A DNA stretch of 64,000 nucleotides, taken from the NCBI RefSeq assembly GCF_011386835.1, contig NC_088791.1, positions 153,450,001-153,514,000 on the forward strand, written 5' to 3'. A model generated the notes under the pieces. The model was not told the origin of the DNA and did no database searches. It saw only the letters and a list, made by a program, of their open reading frames with translations. Shown one piece after another: positions 50,468 through 63,000 of the stretch. Positions within the stretch are counted from its first letter, which is position 1, and each line of letters starts with the position of its first letter. Source of the stretch: Chrysemys picta bellii (lineage: Eukaryota). The position numbers and the translations under genes were made by a program.

Positions 50468-51534
50468 TAATAGGTCATAAAAGCTGCTTTGTATCAAAAG
50501 TAATTACTCCTTATTTTAAGAATTAACTTTAAATTTTTAACAATGCTGGAGTAAATTTTTGCAGTCTGGTTAAAATAGAGGCTCACAGAGAAAATGTTCC
50601 TGGTATCTTGGTGCAAATGAGCTGTTCTCTAGTGCATGGAGGAACATATGTGCCCCCACCTGAATACAATCTGGATCCAAAGCAGTAGTTCAGCTGAGTT
50701 GTCCCGAATCTTGTAAACCACATGAATGTGCTTGAAAGTGTTTATTAATGGCATGTGATCCCCACAGCCTGAGTCACTGCCTTCTAGTTTCTTGGGCTGG
50801 AGGTGTAAGGTTATAGAAAAACGATCAGTAGGGGAAAGTTCTTAATTAAAGCTACAAAATAGCTTTTTGCTAACTGAGGCTTGGCATAGTTGGAGAATGA
50901 TTGGTGAACGTGTTTTGCTTTGGAGAAAAGACTTTTTGTCCTTGTGACGCAGCAAGGGACGGATTATTGAATGTGCGAGTTAGGAGAAGAAAAATCACAG
51001 AACAAGCAAATGGAGTATTTACTGGCAAATAATTGCTCTGTTAAGCTATGGCTCTCTTCCTAAATTCTTGGCATTCCCAAGCACTAGAAACATAGAAAAA
51101 ATGCATCATTACAAAGTACATTTTAAAAAAAAATACAAAGGCTGATGTTACAGGCTCATGCAGGTATGAATGTGTGTATTAATGTGTATGTTTCTCAAGA
51201 TTTAGATTGTGCTGTTGTTTACTGGAATACTGTACTGTTTCCAAGGAAATTGGAAATTTGGTTTCAATGCTATGTTTGTTGCAAACGTTGGGGAAGCAGA
51301 AGGGTCATCCAAGGCTGTTGTGTGTGCTTTGTATCTGCACCAATATGTCTATGTTTAAAAAAAAATACTTCAGTACAAACTGAATGGGCCTAATTCTACT
51401 CTTAGTTAAATTAATACAATTCCTATAGAAATGCCTGTAAATAACTAAACTGCCTTCATTGGGAATAAAACGGGGAAGAATCATCAGCCCCTCTTTGTCT
51501 ACATCTAAGGCTATCTAATTTTATTTAGGAAATA

Positions 51535-52052
51535 CAGTAGAACCTCAGAGTTACAAATACAGTACCACAGTTACGAACTGACCGGTCAACCACACACCGC
51601 ATTTGGAACCAGAAGTTCGCAGGTAGCAGAGACAAAAAAAAAAAAAAGGCAAATACAGTAGAGTACTGTGTTAAATATACACTACTAAACAAATAAAGGG
51701 AAAGTTTAAAAATATTTGACAAGGTAAGGAAACTATTTCTATGCTTGTTTCATTTAAATTAAGCTGGTTAAAAGCAGCATTTTTCTTCTGCATAGTAAAG
51801 TTTCAAAGCTGTATTAAGTCAATGTTCAGTTGTAAACTTTTAAAAGAACAACCATAACATTTTGTTCAGAGTTACAAACAACTTCCATTCCTGAGTAGGG
51901 TTGCCAACCCTCCAGGATTGTCCTAGAGTCTCCAAGAAATAAAGATTAATCTTTAATGAAAGATTATGTCATATGATGGAACCTCCAGGAATACATTCAA
52001 CCAAAACTGGTAACCCTATTACTGAGGTGTTCGTATCTCTGAGCTTCTACTG
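51535..52052. mobile_element. Tc1/mariner (Tigger-like) MITE
   Basis: TIRs CAGTAGAACCTCAGAGTTAC and GTATCTCTGAGCTTCTACTG. TA on the left and TG (decayed TA) on the right. Confidence 0.85.
51896..52018. mobile_element. hAT (Tip100-like) MITE nested in the Tigger-like element
   Basis: TIRs TAGGGTTGCCA and TGGTAACCCTA. 8-bp TSD TTCCTGAG / TTACTGAG (1 mismatch). Confidence 0.88.
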
Positions 52053-53049
52053 TGGCTATAGAGCTTTGCCTATGTATGGATCTTTTTGAGTGGCTCTGAG
52101 AAATGCCCCACTTCAGCAGTAACCAGGACATGCCTGGGTCTGACTCTTTTTGTTTGTTTGTTTGTTTTTTGTTAGTTTGATATATACATTCCATTTCAGA
52201 ATAGCGATAAGGCACTCCAGGCCAGGAAGTTCTAAATGTGGTTAAAAGTAACTCAGCCTTAACATATAATCATCAGTTTTGTCTTGGTCATCATATACAT
52301 GATATATGTAGAGAAAAATAGTGCTATCGGTATCTGTGCCTAAGATCATTATAATGTTCACACTATACATTTTGTATATGAGCACATGAGACATATATTT
52401 GAATTTATGTCTACGTGGACAGAACCATGATTAGCAATTTTTGCTAAGCCTGTGAAATATTTTGCCACCAAAAAAACAAACAAACCCTTTAGTGACTCTC
52501 CCCATGCTCACACCATACTCTGCATTAATGTGAATGATCAAAACAATCTCATTTTGAATGCGTAAATAGAGGTGCCATGTATTCCTGAATACCCTGGAAT
52601 GCCCCCATGTCCCTGTTGGTTTTACAGGAAGCAGGCCTTTGTGCTCTTTTTTTTGTAAATGCCAGCAGACTGGCCACCTGAAGGGATCACTGGGCACTGA
52701 GCTGAGGAAACTGACAGCTGGCTGGTGAGCGCATGTGCACCTTATGGCCCACCCACAGGTTTGTCACATAATGGTAGCATACCGGCTCCCTTGAAGCTTC
52801 CCGATGAGCACCACAGTAGACAGCATCACACGCTTCAGAAAAAAGTGCTAGAATCTCCCATAATGAACAGTTATAGAATAACCCGCCCATAGGGGAAGTT
52901 TCTGCTCAACAGCTATCAATTAGAGATTGGTTTCTGCCCTGAAACCATGAGAGTGTACAGTCCTTATATGTATACTGTATTGTAATGTAATTCTGGAAGT
53001 TCTGTTTATCCATATGAATAATTATTTTTGTATTTCTTATTCTATTATT

Positions 53050-53200
53050 TAACATGTTTATTACCACAGTGCATAAGGGCCAACAAAGTTTGAGGCCCCA
53101 TTGTGCTCAGCACTGAACAAACACAGAGAAGCAGACAGTTTCTGCCCTGAAGATCTTACAGTCTAAATAGATAAGACAGACATAGGGCAGAAGAAGGGGT
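53050..53200 (-). mobile_element. L2-like 3' end relic
   Basis: CCCCATTGTGCTCAGCACTGAACAAACACAGAG...GACAGTTTCTGCCCTGAAGATCTTACAGTCTAAATAGA. Confidence 0.6.
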
Positions 53201-53589
53201 AGAACACATAAGCAGAATGACAAATTTCCATGGTTTTTTGGAGGGGGTGAGGGTGATATTTGCTTATAGAAAGGGGTCAGCTAAATAGAAAGAAAAGGGA
53301 ATGGTGGATAAGGGGGACAGAGAAGGGGAGAAGAAGGTGAGAGGAGCATGTGTGGAATGAAACTTAGGTGAAGAGACTGTGAGAAAGGAGGACTAGGAGG
53401 GAAAGTGGGAGAGTTGGAGCAAATAGCCAGTCAGCATGGAGCAGACTTCTCCTTTTTTTTAATCTTAGTAAATTCTTGGCCTTTCTTATACCTTGTGACA
53501 GTGAGTTCCCAATCTTTTCAGCTTCTCTTCAGATGGACGTGTCTTCAGTCCTCTAATCATAATTATCACCTGTCTCTAAACCTCTTTTA

Positions 53590-53785
53590 TTTCTGCTGTA
53601 TCCTTTCTGAGATTGGGTGACATAACATTGAGTTATATAATGGCATTACAGTATTCCCACAACTATTTTCATCCCCTTCCTTATAAATCCTAATATTGTT
53701 TCCTTTTTCAACTGCCACTGCACATGGAGCAATTTTTATTATGCTGTCCACAGTGATACCAAAGTTATTTTTCCTGAGTGGTGAC
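53590..53785 (-). mobile_element. Old CR1 ORF2 fragment (post-RT region)
   Basis: ORF 53587-53799 reads FGITVDS...CAVAVEKGN...NTVMPLYNSMLCHP, matching CR1 DLGV.VD...QCAAAVKKAN...IMPLYKSMVRPHL. Confidence 0.75.
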
Positions 53786-54694
53786 AAGGAATTTAACACA
53801 CAACGTTAAAATAGAGCAAGCCCTGGAAAAGGCTTGAATGTCGAAAGTAAGATCCAGTAGAAAACATAGCTGTACCTCGTGGTAGACTAGAAAGATTGCA
53901 TAAAATGGTGCTGGCTGGGATGAGAACGAAGTACAGCGTGTCCTGTGGCTTCTGGACCATCTGCAAGTGACTTGCTACAGACATGAGGATGCCAAACAAA
54001 AGCATAATTGTGATATAGTGAAAGTATGAATCAGTCATTGGTACACCCTTCCTGGAAAAAACAGGCGAAGTTTGAGAATATTCCGAGGGTGGCACTATGA
54101 TACTTGAATGATCTGAATTGCAGGCATTAATTCAAGACTAACAATCACATTAAAATGTCTGGACCAATCTTCTTTCAGTCCAGAGTGGCAGATTTTTTAT
54201 CTATACCTATTTACAATATACTGATCAAGAAGAGCAGCATCAATAAGAAGGTGTCTTGTTTCCATATAGTGCAATTGCATGTTGAGTTTTGCTGGAGGTA
54301 AATGAGTTTCACTCCAATCTCTTTCCCTCCTCCCCCTAGTCAAAAATGCAGAGCCTGTCCTGGTATTTTTGAACTACAGTGTAAAAGATCACCTTCAGCA
54401 GTAAGGTGATAAAGCATACTTACTGCCTTCTTACTTACCCAAAAGGTAGCAAATATATGTCAAAAAGGAAATGACTGAATAGAAAGCCCTGAAGTACCAC
54501 AGAACTAATAGGTGCAGCTTCCATTTTAGATTCTACAACTCAAAGAAATACTGTTTCCCAAACAGATCAGAGACGATTTAGTGATGAAGTGGACTTAGAG
54601 TCCAAACAAAGGGCTAGGTTTTCAAAGTTACGTTTATGTTAGATTATGCAGAAAGGGCATTTACATATTTGAAAGCAACCACTGCTAAGAGGGA

Positions 54695-54890
54695 AGATGA
54701 GTATGTGGCTAAAGAACAGCACTGAGGCAGGACATCGGGTTTGAATACTGTCTCTGTCATTGATTTGCTGTGTAATCTTGGGCAAGGCATTTCACCTTTG
54801 TGCTTGTTTCCCCATTTGCAAAAGCAGGGTAATAGCTGAGGAGTAACTAATTAATGCTGCTTCACTACTTTGTGAACTTTGGATTGCAGG
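54695..54890 (+). mobile_element. MIR-like SINE
   Basis: GTGGCTAAAGAACAGCACTG...CTTGGGCAAGGCATTTCACC...TTTCCCCATTTGCAAAA. Confidence 0.6.
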
Positions 54891-55689
54891 GGATAGAGAA
54901 GGGAAAGTGTGTTGTTATTAAAAACAGTGTCTGCCTTTTTATGTATTTATGCTTATTCTCTGTGCTTACTGCAACTCTAAGTACATTCCAAAAATTTGTA
55001 AAATACACTTTTTAATAACTAAACACATTCTCAAGCAAGACAACACATCTAGACCTTTAATAAGGAAGGAAAAAAAACTACTACTACCTGTACCTATTTC
55101 CAGTCTAAGCATCACTGTCCAGCCCAGCTCCCCCATATCCTCTGTCAGCCCAATTTCGCCTTCCATAATTCACCTTCCTTGGTGCACACTAGGAAATATT
55201 TGGGGAGACAGGTGGCTCTAAGAGCATGTCTAGAAGTTCACTGCATCTAGGCTATGGTGGACCAAGGAGGGAAGTGAGTTCTCTCCCCTTGCTTACCTTT
55301 TCTCAGTTTTGATATGGGTCTGTCTAACTTGGTTGCTCACATTCTGGCCTTTAAAGAACACAGTTACTGTTGTCTACAGACATATTAACTTATCCTACTC
55401 ATCCAGTCTTCATCACACTTGCTTCCTGTAATCTATTGATGATTTGGGCATAGAGCTTTGATCCACACTCATGCGGCCATAAAATCCAAGCTGAGACAGA
55501 AAATGCTTGGAGAATACAACTACCATATGCTAATAGGCCTGATCTAGGCCCTGATTCAGCAAGGTACTTAAGCACATACCTTACTTTAAGCATGAGTAGT
55601 CCCGTCAAAATCAATGACACATGCTTGCTGAACCAGTTCCATACAGTGCTGAGAGCTCTTCAATGGGCCTGTTTATAATACCCTTTATC

Positions 55690-55855
55690 TGAGGATGTCA
55701 ACGCACTTCAGAAAGATGTGTAGGTATTATTACCCCCATTTTATAGATGGAAAAGTGAAGTCCACAGAGATGGAGTGACTTATGCAAGGCCACACAGTGA
55801 CTCAATGGCATGGCTAAAAATAGAACCCAGGTATCCTGGCTCTTAATCCTCTACT
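55690..55855 (-). mobile_element. MIR-like SINE
   Basis: CCCCATTTTATAGATGG...AGTGACTTATGCAAGGCCACACAG...AATAGAACCCAGG. Confidence 0.7.
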
Positions 55856-56780
55856 CCGAGTACTAGAAGCCTGTATCCCTTATTTCAGTGCAAAAGAGAG
55901 GTTCAAGAAGCAGAGAACCCAGTACCTCTCAGAATCCTTGGCTAGTAGTGAGAGGCTAGAGAGATGGGCAAATAATGAACAAGGTTCCAGGCCCTCTCCT
56001 CATACTTTTCAAGTGTTAATATCAGTCGGTAAACTTTAAGTTACTAGGAAAGTACAATCCATTAAACCCTACCAGGAAACAAACTCTTAATAACCATCAT
56101 CAAGAAATAAAACAGGAGTGGGCACAGTTCACTGTGGGTCATTAATTTTATGCAGACAGTTTTCCTAGGGGAAAGCCACAGTGTCTGCTATACATATGCA
56201 GGTGCCTGGAACATCATATACATGCAGTTGCTCTGTAAAAGACAATCCTCTAGTTCTAGGACTGGCACAAAATTTATAAAAATTGAGGCAGGGGAGTTGA
56301 AAAGACTACAAAACAATTGGAAGAAGTTTAAATAAGAAAGAAGATTGAGTTGAAAAGTCTGAGACTGTTAGAGGGGTGGGGAGTAAAAGATCAGGAGATG
56401 TTTGTAAAAAAGAGAGTGGGTGAGATGAGGGTTTGATCACAGAGCAGTCTTGATGGAGAGTAATATTGTGAGGAGAGTCCTCTCTAGCCAACTGCAACAG
56501 AAGCCATTGATATACAAACATCCTTCTCCTACTCCTGCACCTGTGAAGTGGGATATGAATCCTGGCCTTCAGTTCCGGGGTCTTCTGCATATTGAGCTAA
56601 AGAAGATCTCCCTTAGCAGTAAACTGTAGTAGGACCCTTAATCTCTCACTGGCCCCACAACTAGTGGGCAACGTCACTCACTCATTTATATGAACAACTC
56701 CAGTTCACTATAACTGAATCACCGCTGTCCTGCCTATTTCAAGCACTGCTCAGATAACTGCAGAATTAATTCACCTCTAC

Positions 56781-57047
56781 AAGCATGTCTACACTGCAAG
56801 TGGGGGTGCAATTGTAGCATGGGTAGGCAGCTAGCACTGGTAACTATAATGGTATAGATGGGGCAGCATGGGATTCAGCTAGCAATCTGAGCACATACCC
56901 TGGCAGGTTTGTACTCAGGCTGCTAGCCCGTGCGGAAGCCTGTGCCTCCATGGCTTCACTGCTGTTGTTACCCATGTTAGATTAAAGCTAATGCCCGTTC
57001 TCCTACCTGGGCTGTCATCAACCCTTTGTTTGCACAGAAGATGTCCC
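56781..57047. mobile_element. PIF/Harbinger-type MITE related to 8741-9035
   Basis: Left AAGCATGTCTACACTGCAA, degenerate right TTGCACAGAAGATGTCCC followed by TAA. Internal sequence resembles the 8.7-kb copy. Confidence 0.7.
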
Positions 57048-59309
57048 TAAAGCAGCAGTTTGTACAAAATGACCCAGGGAGACCCTTTGGCCTGGAATGT
57101 AAAGGAGGTTTCAGTACTGTGGAAGCAGCAGTGAGCAACACTAGCGAAAGCAAAGGAAGAGTTCAGTTAGTTTTATTAGCAAAATACTGTAAAAACTGAA
57201 CTGAGAAACTTGCAAAAATTTCAAGGACTTTTCCTGATTTGCCTTCTCTCTGTGACAGAATGGGAACTACTGTCAGGTGACTCCAGTTTTGACAGCCCTT
57301 TGAGATGACATGTGAAAAGTACATAGACTTTAGCCTGTGATACAGTGTCTTTTCATGAAGTGATTTGCCCCTACCATGCTGCTTTAGTATGGTTGTTTTT
57401 TCACCACACCTGTTCACATAGTCTCACTTGTCCCTGATCTGATATGATCTCAGAGAAATGCAAAGAAGAATAGAAAGCATGTGGGACAAAACAGGTATTA
57501 CCAACGGGGCCAAATTACCCATGGCAGTTTGTCAGCCCTCAAGAAAAGATGGAGGAAAAGGGAATTAGCTTCATGAGCTGCTGTGATGTCAGGGAGGTAC
57601 TGTATGGCAGACTTACCTTTGATTTTAGTGTTGTCAGTAGGACAAACTGTGGCGTAGGGAAGCTTCTTATTGTTATAGTATTTGTTGTATATACATAAAT
57701 GATAGGTGGTGGTGAAATGAAGTGCAAAGGAATTGATTCAGCCCTTTTCTGTTAGTGCCCTAAACCTCTAGACTCTGATGGCCTAAATTTTGGCCTAACT
57801 TGCACACTCTCTGACTTTAGTGGAGGAGAATTTAGCCCAGGTAACTGGGGTTTTGGTTGTTTTCTTCTTCATATTTGCCCAGTTTATTTTGTGTAATGCA
57901 TCTTTTCCGCAACCTTATTTTCTGCTGTTTTATGTCTGATGCTTTGAATCCCACCACCCATGCCACTGGTCTTGGCATTTTCCTTCCTCCTCTAAGGAAG
58001 GGAGCAAAGAAGGAGGATGGATTTTACTTGAGAGGAAGAGTGAGGTGCTGGTTCCCGGGGAAATAAAATATGCCCGAGGGGCCTCGTTGGGAGGAAATAT
58101 TGTTCTGTTGTGGTGTGGTGAAAAAATATTGGCCGGGAGACTTTGCGCTAGTCATTCCAGTCCTAATTCCAGCTCCTACTGCTTCCCATCCACAGAATTT
58201 CTACTCCTGGTACTGCCTGTAATACTATAGGAAAACCCCATCCAAATTCTTGATCAGAACTTTGGAACATATGAAGGAGACTCCACCCCCAAAAATCCTG
58301 TTTTATATAAGACCCAGCCTGCTGTATGTTGGGGCAGGACTGTGAAGTCTGACTAGATAACGATAATAGTTCTTTCTGGCCTTAAAATCTATGAATCTAG
58401 TCACTTCTTCATAGATCCGTAATGTGGATGTGTTCAATGGAGCTGATAGCTAGTTACTTTAATTCAGACTATTAGTGCATTCATTCAAGAACCTCTCAGT
58501 AAACAGAGGATCAGTCTCCTTTCCCTCCCCCTTCCACAGGACCTCTACTTCTTGTGGCTTTGACTCCGATCCCATGTGCTCCAAAAGTACTTCTCCTCAT
58601 GGCTTCTTTCTTGGCACTTTCCTTACCTCCCCTGCTTCTGAGGCCTCCCCAACCTTATTGCTGTTTTTCAATCTACCAGCTCCCTGCCAGCAGAGAAGTT
58701 TCACAGTGCACACCCGCAGCACTCACTGTTAATTTTTCTTTTTGATGTTAACCTGGTGTTGGTATAGTGCTCCTTTTCAAATTTTAAAAAAAAAAATTGA
58801 AGGCATCTCTTGGAAAGACTCAGTAAAAATCCCTAAAGGAGCAGCAGTCATACTTATTGCTACATTTTAAATTCCAGCCCTGTTTCATGCATGTCTGTTT
58901 GCCTCAGCTTTCCATCCCCTCCATATTTTTTTTCACATTCAGAAATCTTACATTCCTGAGGAGTTTTCATTCCTCCCAATTAAGCTTTTTAAATAAAAAA
59001 TAAAAGTTAAAAGCAACTGCCACGTAGGATTAGCACTAAGTGAGCTGCTGCCGGCAGGTAGTTCCCATCTAGTGTAAATGGCTCTGTACTTCTGCAGCAC
59101 TAAACAGTGCAGTTCACACTTGTGAATTGCGGGGGCTGGTGATGACAAACACATGACTTCTAATAAGTAGATGACAGAGCTATGTTGGTGTCTCAGACCT
59201 ATGAGTTGCTGAAATCAAATAATGCCTCACTTTTGAATTCCAGTGCCATTGTGCCCATGAAGTACTGTAGGGAGGAAGTGTTGTCTAATTGTTAGAAACG
59301 GGAACTGGC

Positions 59310-59475
59310 AATAAAGCACATGGATCCTCTTCTTGGCTCTGCTCTAGACTCTGGGTGACCTTGGGCAAACCAATTCGTGACTTTGGGCCTCAGTTTCTCC
59401 ATCTGTGAAAGGGGATAACAAGAAATCCCTATTTCACAGGGCTGTTGGGAGACTTCAGTAAGTGTGAAGCACTCT
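59310..59475 (+). mobile_element. MIR-like SINE
   Basis: GGGTGACCTTGGGCAA...GGGCCTCAGTTTCTCCATCTGTGAAAGGGGATAA. Confidence 0.7.
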
Positions 59476-60165
59476 GTTGTTCTTACATTTGCGGGTTGCA
59501 CCTTTTATCTGAGAATTTCAAAGTGCTTCATAAACAATTGATGAAGTGTCGCAGTACCAATGTGCGTTGGGGAAATGTTATCGTCCCCTGTACAGATGGT
59601 GAAAGGGATGTGTAGAGATATTATGTGATACTTTGTATTTTAACAGTTAATACACAGGACAAAGCAAAGTATTATAACAGGGATGGGCAGCATTATGGGA
59701 ATTTGGAGGTGGTTTTTAGTACCTTTTGACTAAATCCCAAAATTCAAGAGGGTCAAGAAGCTTAAATAAATGGTTCTTTCTTACCTATCTCTGCTTTAGA
59801 ACATTGTTGTGACAGATATTTCTTTAGAGCTTTTTAAAAGAGCTCAGCACCCATTGTATCCCATTGTGAAACACGTTGAGCTGTTTCAAAAATCTGAAGG
59901 TGTCTAGAGCACTTTACAAAATCTGGCCCTTAATGCTTGCGTCTTTACCAGTGGTACTGTCACTAATAACCTGCCCTTGGCTGGGGGCTTGGCCTGCTTT
60001 GCAGAGATGAAGAAATGGCAGGCAGCTGGGAGAGGCTAGGAGAATCAATAAAGGCAAAGAACTCTGGCTATCATAGGGGAAACCTGAAAAGCCCAATTCC
60101 TTCATTCTGAGCATATTCTGAGCATTCCAGCAAGAGGTGTTGAAAAATCGGCCAACTCAGACTAG

Positions 60166-60697
60166 AACTTAAGAACAGCCAGGCTGGTTCAGACCAATGG
60201 CCCATCTAGCCCAGTATTCTGTCTTCCTACAGTGGCCAGTGCCTGAAGTTTCAGAGGGAATGAACAGAAGAAGGCAATCTTTGAGTTATCCATTCCCTGT
60301 CACCTAGTCCCAGCTTTTGGGAGATGGAGGTTTAGGGAAACCTGGAGCATGGGATTGTGTCCCTGGCCATCTTGTCTAATAGACATTGATGGACATATCC
60401 TTCATGCACTTATCTAATTCTTTTTTGAACCCTGTTATACTTTTGGCCTTCACAATATCCCATGGCGACAAATTCCACAGGTTAACTATATGTTGTATAA
60501 AAAAGTTCTTGTTTATGTTTGTTTTTAAACCTGCTGACTATTAATTTAATCGGATGACCTCTTGTTCTTGTGTTGTTCTTGTGAAGGGGTAAATAACACT
60601 TCCCTATTCACCTTCTCCTCACTATTCATGACTTTATAGCTCTCTATCATATCCCCTCTTAGTTGTATCTTTTTCTAAGCTGAACAGACCCCATCTT
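60166..60697 (-). mobile_element. CR1 LINE 3' portion, same subfamily as 17334-17840
   Basis: Inverted TTCTTA tail (AACTTAAGAA), 3' UTR CCAATGGCCCATCTAGCCCAG...GGAATGAACAGAA, ORF2 end on the minus strand (FSLEKDTTKRGYDRE, equivalent to FSLEKRRLRGDM). Confidence 0.92.
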
Positions 60698-60722
60698 TGC
60701 ACAGTGTCCAGATGGGTATGTC

Positions 60723-62427
60723 TGTAAATAATTAATAGTAAAATGGAGTAAAACAGGAAAGAAAGATTTAGTACTGAAATGTCAAGTGTGTACCAGAAGC
60801 CAAGAACTTGTGGAGGAGGGACTATGTGGGAGGGGAGTTGAAGTCTGCTTTTCACTGGCTAGCCCCTGACCCTGACATGAGACTGATGTCTGACTATAAC
60901 CCCTTTGAGTCTAACGGCCAGTAAGAACACTGCATTGATAAGGGCTTCAGTTGTCTTTTTATAGGTATCTGTTTTCCTAGGGCACTCCTATCGATATAGG
61001 CTTATTTCTAGAATTCAGGAAACCCAAGCTCCCAGTTCAGTTACGTATTTAAGTGCATACCTAATTTGAAGCATGCAAATAGATTTAAATGCAACTAGTT
61101 GTGTGTTTAAAGTTTGGCATATGCTTAAGTATCTACCTGAACCAGATCACTAATCAAGATTCTCTAGTATGGAGCTAGTCGGGAGGTAGTAAAAATACTG
61201 TTATCACATTCCCCAGGTTCATGCCCATTCACCCTGCTGAAACATTGCTCGCAAAAAAACATGTTCTGCAAATTTCTTACTTCTGTTTTCATGCCCCTGA
61301 GATGCTTGTGTTTTGTGAAAATGTTATCATGTGGTTTCCCAGACATTCAAAAATGGGGGAAATTATTTCGCTTAAAAGTAAATGAAAATGTTGCAAAACT
61401 TTTGTAAAAGTCAGAGCAATTTCAAATTTGCAATAAGAATTCTGAATATTGTTGTGGATATTTTGCACAGCTTTAACTAAGAACCTCTTCACATACATTA
61501 TTCTTTATATCTGTTTTTAATAATATTCAAAAACTTGGCAAGGCAGTATCCAGTCCTGTGAATGGGAGTATACTATGGTCATAGTAGGAAACTGACATGG
61601 AATGGCAAACTGTGGTTGTGAGATGAGAGGAAGATACTGTGCTAAATTCTGCCATCATTTACATCTCTGGATAGTCAATGTGGTTGCCCAGGGCATAAGT
61701 CAAGATAAAATTTGGTTCATTGTGTTGAATTACAAGGCTCATATCCAATTATAATTAATTTTGGATTAGATATAGTGCATACAGCAGCATGGTACCGTAG
61801 TCTGATGTATCAAATAAAGTGATTAAATGGAAGGATAAATTCTCTTTGCTTTCACATCAACAATAATATTGTCACTTTTCATATGGAGATCTCTAAGTGC
61901 CTGTAAACAATAATATATTACAACATCTCTTAATGCTTCTGTGTTATGGATAATTATCTCCAGTTTACAGGTGGAGAAAATGGGGCACAGAGAAATGAAA
62001 TGACTTGCTTAAGGCCACACAGCAAGTCAATGGCAGATGTGGGAATAGAATCCATAAGCCCTGACCCCTAGTCCTGGGCTTTAAGCAGAAGATCAATAGC
62101 ATCAGTAGTGTGCACATCAATTCAGGCTGATTTCAGCTTGTGCAGAATATGCTTCCCCTCCACTGGCCCCTCGGAAAACAGATACCTATAAAAAGACAAC
62201 TGAAGCCCTTATCAATGCAGTGTTCTTACTGGCCCTTAGACTCAAAGGGGTTATAGTCAGACATCAGTCTCATGTCAGGGTGAGGGGCTGGCCAGTGAAA
62301 AGCAGACTTCAACTCCCCTCCCACATAGCCCCTCCTCCCCAAGTTCTTGGCTTCTGGTACACACTTGACATTTCAGTACTAAATCTTTCTTTCCTGTTCT
62401 ACTCCATTTTACTATTAATTATTTACA
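60723..62427. repeat. 255-bp inverted repeat (60723-60977 vs 62173-62427) with a 1195-bp spacer
   Basis: Manual alignment shows 6 substitutions in 255 bp and no indels. The ORF track shows the same peptide on opposite strands (60634-60855 minus and 62220-62543 plus). Confidence 0.96.
61870..62090 (-). mobile_element. MIR-like SINE
   Basis: CCAGTTTACAGGTGGAGAAAATGGGGCACAGAGAAATGAAATGACTTGCTTAAGGCCACACAGCAAG...GGGAATAGAA. Confidence 0.7.
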
Positions 62428-62874
62428 ACACCATCATTGTTGTAAGATCCTGTCTTCCAATCATTGATTCTGTACATAAACACCGGCTCAGTAGGCAGCT
62501 CTGCCTTTTTAATTCTGTAGCAGTTTATAGTCTGAACACATAGCAAATAATATCTTTTAAGCTGTGTTTAACTCCTGTTATTGGCAGACTGTAATTATAT
62601 AGATCTCTATATAGCAGTATACATTGAATATTTAACTGCAATATGTATGGGAAGCCCTTCCCCCTTGAGATTTCTTTACCCATGCATATCAATATAGGCA
62701 CGGTATCTAAGTGCCATTGCAATGAAACCAAGTACATTATGGAAGAAGAACAAAAGAGAGACTTCAGCTGAGGAGAAATGAAAATACTTGGAGGAGAGCA
62801 AAGTGAGGAGAGAGGACTTGTGTGACAGGTATATACTGGCACAAAATATTAATATTTGATTTCTGCAATATCTT

Positions 62875-63000
62875 TAGGGTGGGCTTTTCAAAAGCTCTCA
62901 ACACTGGCCTAATTTTGCTCCCATGGAAATAAATGGGAGTTTTGCCATTGATTTCAGTGGGATAAGAGTTAGGCCAATGCTGAGTACTTCTGAAAATCCC
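62875..63000. mobile_element. Short palindromic MITE-like relic
   Basis: GGGCTTTTCAAAAGCTCTCAACACTGGCCTAA...TTAGGCCAATGCTGAGTACTTCTGAAAATCCC inverted arms. Similar to 41710-41835. Confidence 0.6.

Noticed and set aside
60723-62427. The 255-bp inverted arms as TIRs of a DNA transposon
   Set aside because: No recognisable TIR terminal motif or TSD at the outer ends, the spacer holds only old unrelated repeats, and the left arm abuts a CR1 truncation point. Not fully excluded without a genome search.
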